From assembly GCA_049320885.1 (NCBI GenBank), contig JBMORA010000034.1, forward strand, positions 47,245 to 111,244: a stretch of 64,000 nucleotides of DNA, written 5' to 3'. Under the pieces are notes generated by a model, which was not told where the DNA came from, ran no database searches, and saw only the letters and a list, made by a program, of their open reading frames with translations. The position numbers were made by a program, and so were the translations under genes. The DNA is from Thermodesulfobacteriota bacterium (lineage in GTDB: Bacteria; Desulfobacterota; Desulfobacteria; Desulfobacterales; SURF-7). Every line of letters begins with the position of its first letter. The stretch's first letter is position 1. Shown here piece by piece: positions 62,342 through 64,000 of the stretch.

Positions 62342-64000
62342 TCAAATGGATTTATAATCATGAAGCACCACTTTGCCCACCGCGTCTTCCCGGAGGACTC
62401 GGTTCAGGGCCTTCTGAACAGCCTCCTGCAAACGGGTTTCATAGGAGCCGTCGTCATTCCTCGATGCCAAGACCTTTCTGATTTTCCGATACACGACGGA
62501 CCGGAAATACGCTTTGTTCCTGACGACTTGTTCCGCGAAATCCGCCTTGTTGAAATCAATCCGGATGCTGGTTGTCACAAAGGTCAAATCTTCCCGGTCA
62601 ACCGGCGCAAAAACCACAAAGTCCTTCAACTCCACGGTATGCTTGGCTTTGGTGACAAGCGGTTGTTCCACCGGTTTGGGTATCGGCCTGGAAACAACCT
62701 CGGGAGCAACGTCCTCGACCATCGCAGGCCTTGTCTTTTTCAAAAGATGGAACCCCAGGAATCCTCCGGCAGCCACCAGCAGCAGCACCGACGCGGCAAT
62801 AGGCAGATATTTGGAACGATACCAGGGGCGATGCAGCGTTTTCACCGCTTTTCGCGATTCGCCCTCATCGCTTTCCGCCAGAATAACCTTGTCGGTGACC
62901 TCCGGTACCGGCTGATCCAGCGCCGGCGGAATAGCATCGGGAGGAATTTCCTCCTGAACTTCGCTTTCCAGCAACAGGAGGTCGATATCTTCCTGGGAAA
63001 CGACTGCTTTCCTGGTCTTTGCCTTCGACGGCTTCGGCCCCCCATCCGGAACGTCGCCGTCCACTTCCCGCAGAAGATGATCGATGTCATCCTGGGAAAT
63101 GATATCCGCTTCCACGGCGGCCAAATGCGCGGCGCGGGGATCATCCATCCCCCCGCCCTTGCCCTGCAACAGCTGTTCGATATCTTGCTGGGTGATGATG
63201 TCGCCTTTTACCGGTATTTCCTTGAATCCTTCGGCTTCATCCTCATCGCCGCTTCCCTGCAACAACCGGTCGATGTCCTCCTGGGAGATGAGTTCTTCTT
63301 CATCCGGAGCTTTCTTCAGGGCCACGGTTTCTTCCTCGTCACCCACGCCCTGCAACAGCCGGTCTAGTTCATCCTGGGAAATGACTTCGCCGTCATCCGG
63401 ATTTTCTCCCGAAACGAGGGTTTCGTTTACATCGCCGGCCCCCTGCAACATCCGATCAATATCATCCTGGGACAAACCGTCGATACCGTCTTCCACCCCG
63501 GTGGCGGGTTTCCCGCCGCCGGACCTTTTGGCGCTTGCCTGAAGGAGCAATTGATCCAATTCCTGCTGGGTAATGAAATTGGAACGTTCGGCTTCTTCCT
63601 CCATGCTTTCGGAAACAGCCTGATCTTCCCGCAGCAGGCTGTTGAGTTCTTCCTGGGAAAGCAGGTGGGTGGCATCCGCCTCCGGAAGTTTCTCCCTGCC
63701 TGGTTTCATGGGATCCGCCGCGGCTTCCAGCAGAAAATCGATGTCGTCCTGGGATACCGGCCCCGACTCCGGTTCCACGGCCCTCGCCGGCACCGCTTCC
63801 TCCGCCGGCGAAACTCCCCCGGAAAACAACGCGTCGATGTCGTCCTGGGATACCGGCCCCGATTCCGGTTCCACGGCCTTCGCCGGCGCTGCTTCCTCCG
63901 CCGGCGATACTCCCCCGGAAAACAACGCGTCGATGTCGTCCTGGGATACCGGCCCCGACTCCGGTTCCACGGCCTTCGCCGGCGCTGCTTCCTCCGCCGG
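62342..64000 (-). CDS. FliL-like membrane protein with a long acidic N-terminal region of repeated SQxxIDxLL motifs (5' truncated)
   Basis: Frame open to the window edge; at least 11 motif copies, one TM helix, then FliL-like L.DFVV...R...Y..I...L...LN.VL....V.KV domain. Confidence 0.75.
   Translation of the reverse strand, partial: PAEEAAPAKAVEPESGPVSQDDIDALFSGGVSPAEEAAPAKAVEPESGPVSQDDIDALFSGGVSPAEEAVPARAVEPESGPVSQDDIDFLLEAAADPMKPGREKLPEADATHLLSQEELNSLLREDQAVSESMEEEAERSNFITQQELDQLLLQASAKRSGGGKPATGVEDGIDGLSQDDIDRMLQGAGDVNETLVSGENPDDGEVISQDELDRLLQGVGDEEETVALKKAPDEEELISQEDIDRLLQGSGDEDEAEGFKEIPVKGDIITQQDIEQLLQGKGGGMDDPRAAHLAAVEADIISQDDIDHLLREVDGDVPDGGPKPSKAKTRKAVVSQEDIDLLLLESEVQEEIPPDAIPPALDQPVPEVTDKVILAESDEGESRKAVKTLHRPWYRSKYLPIAASVLLLVAAGGFLGFHLLKKTRPAMVEDVAPEVVSRPIPKPVEQPLVTKAKHTVELKDFVVFAPVDREDLTFVTTSIRIDFNKADFAEQVVRNKAYFRSVVYRKIRKVLASRNDDGSYETRLQEAVQKALNRVLREDAVGKVVLHDYKSI
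63738..64000. repeat. 96-bp (32-aa) near-perfect tandem repeat running off the window
   Basis: GGGATACCGGCCCC at 63751, 63847, 63943; encodes EPESGPVSQDDIDALFSGGVSPAEEAAPAKAV. Confidence 0.92.

Noticed and set aside
1..64000. tRNA, rRNA, integrase or prophage genes
   Set aside because: None recognised by eye; a covariance-model scan would be needed to exclude small RNAs.

Overview
GC-rich bacterial chromosome segment, most consistent with a Desulfobacterota (Desulfobacterales-like) organism (inferred from gene content, not verified). 1-13.4 kb: mixed region with a partial TPR-like gene, a secreted 18 x 36-aa repeat protein, a VWA lipoprotein, a CoA-transferase, a motB-motA stator pair, a divergent RelA/SpoT-like protein and a ThDP enzyme. 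13.4-15.8 kb: sigma28-type operon (SprA-related HExxH protein, two small unknown proteins, minimal flagellin). 17.7-35.1 kb: flagellin glycosylation island (MerR-fused PseB, pseudaminic-type nonulosonate genes, amidotransferase paired with an amidase, Maf, TPR-glycosyltransferase, FkbM). 35.1-36.5 kb: two convergent PIN toxin-antitoxin pairs. 36.7-64 kb: flagellar cluster with a giant 1295-aa flagellin, fliD/fliS/flaG, fliW/csrA, giant FlgL (1423 aa) and FlgK (1497 aa), flgN/J/I/H/A/G/F, FlhB-like, FliK-like genes and a FliL-like protein carrying at least 11 FliM/CheZ-like 'SQxxIDxLL' motifs. Twelve intergenic heptamer tandem-repeat loci with a consistent gene-relative polarity punctuate the flagellar genes. 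All calls come from reading motifs by eye; no database searches were run.
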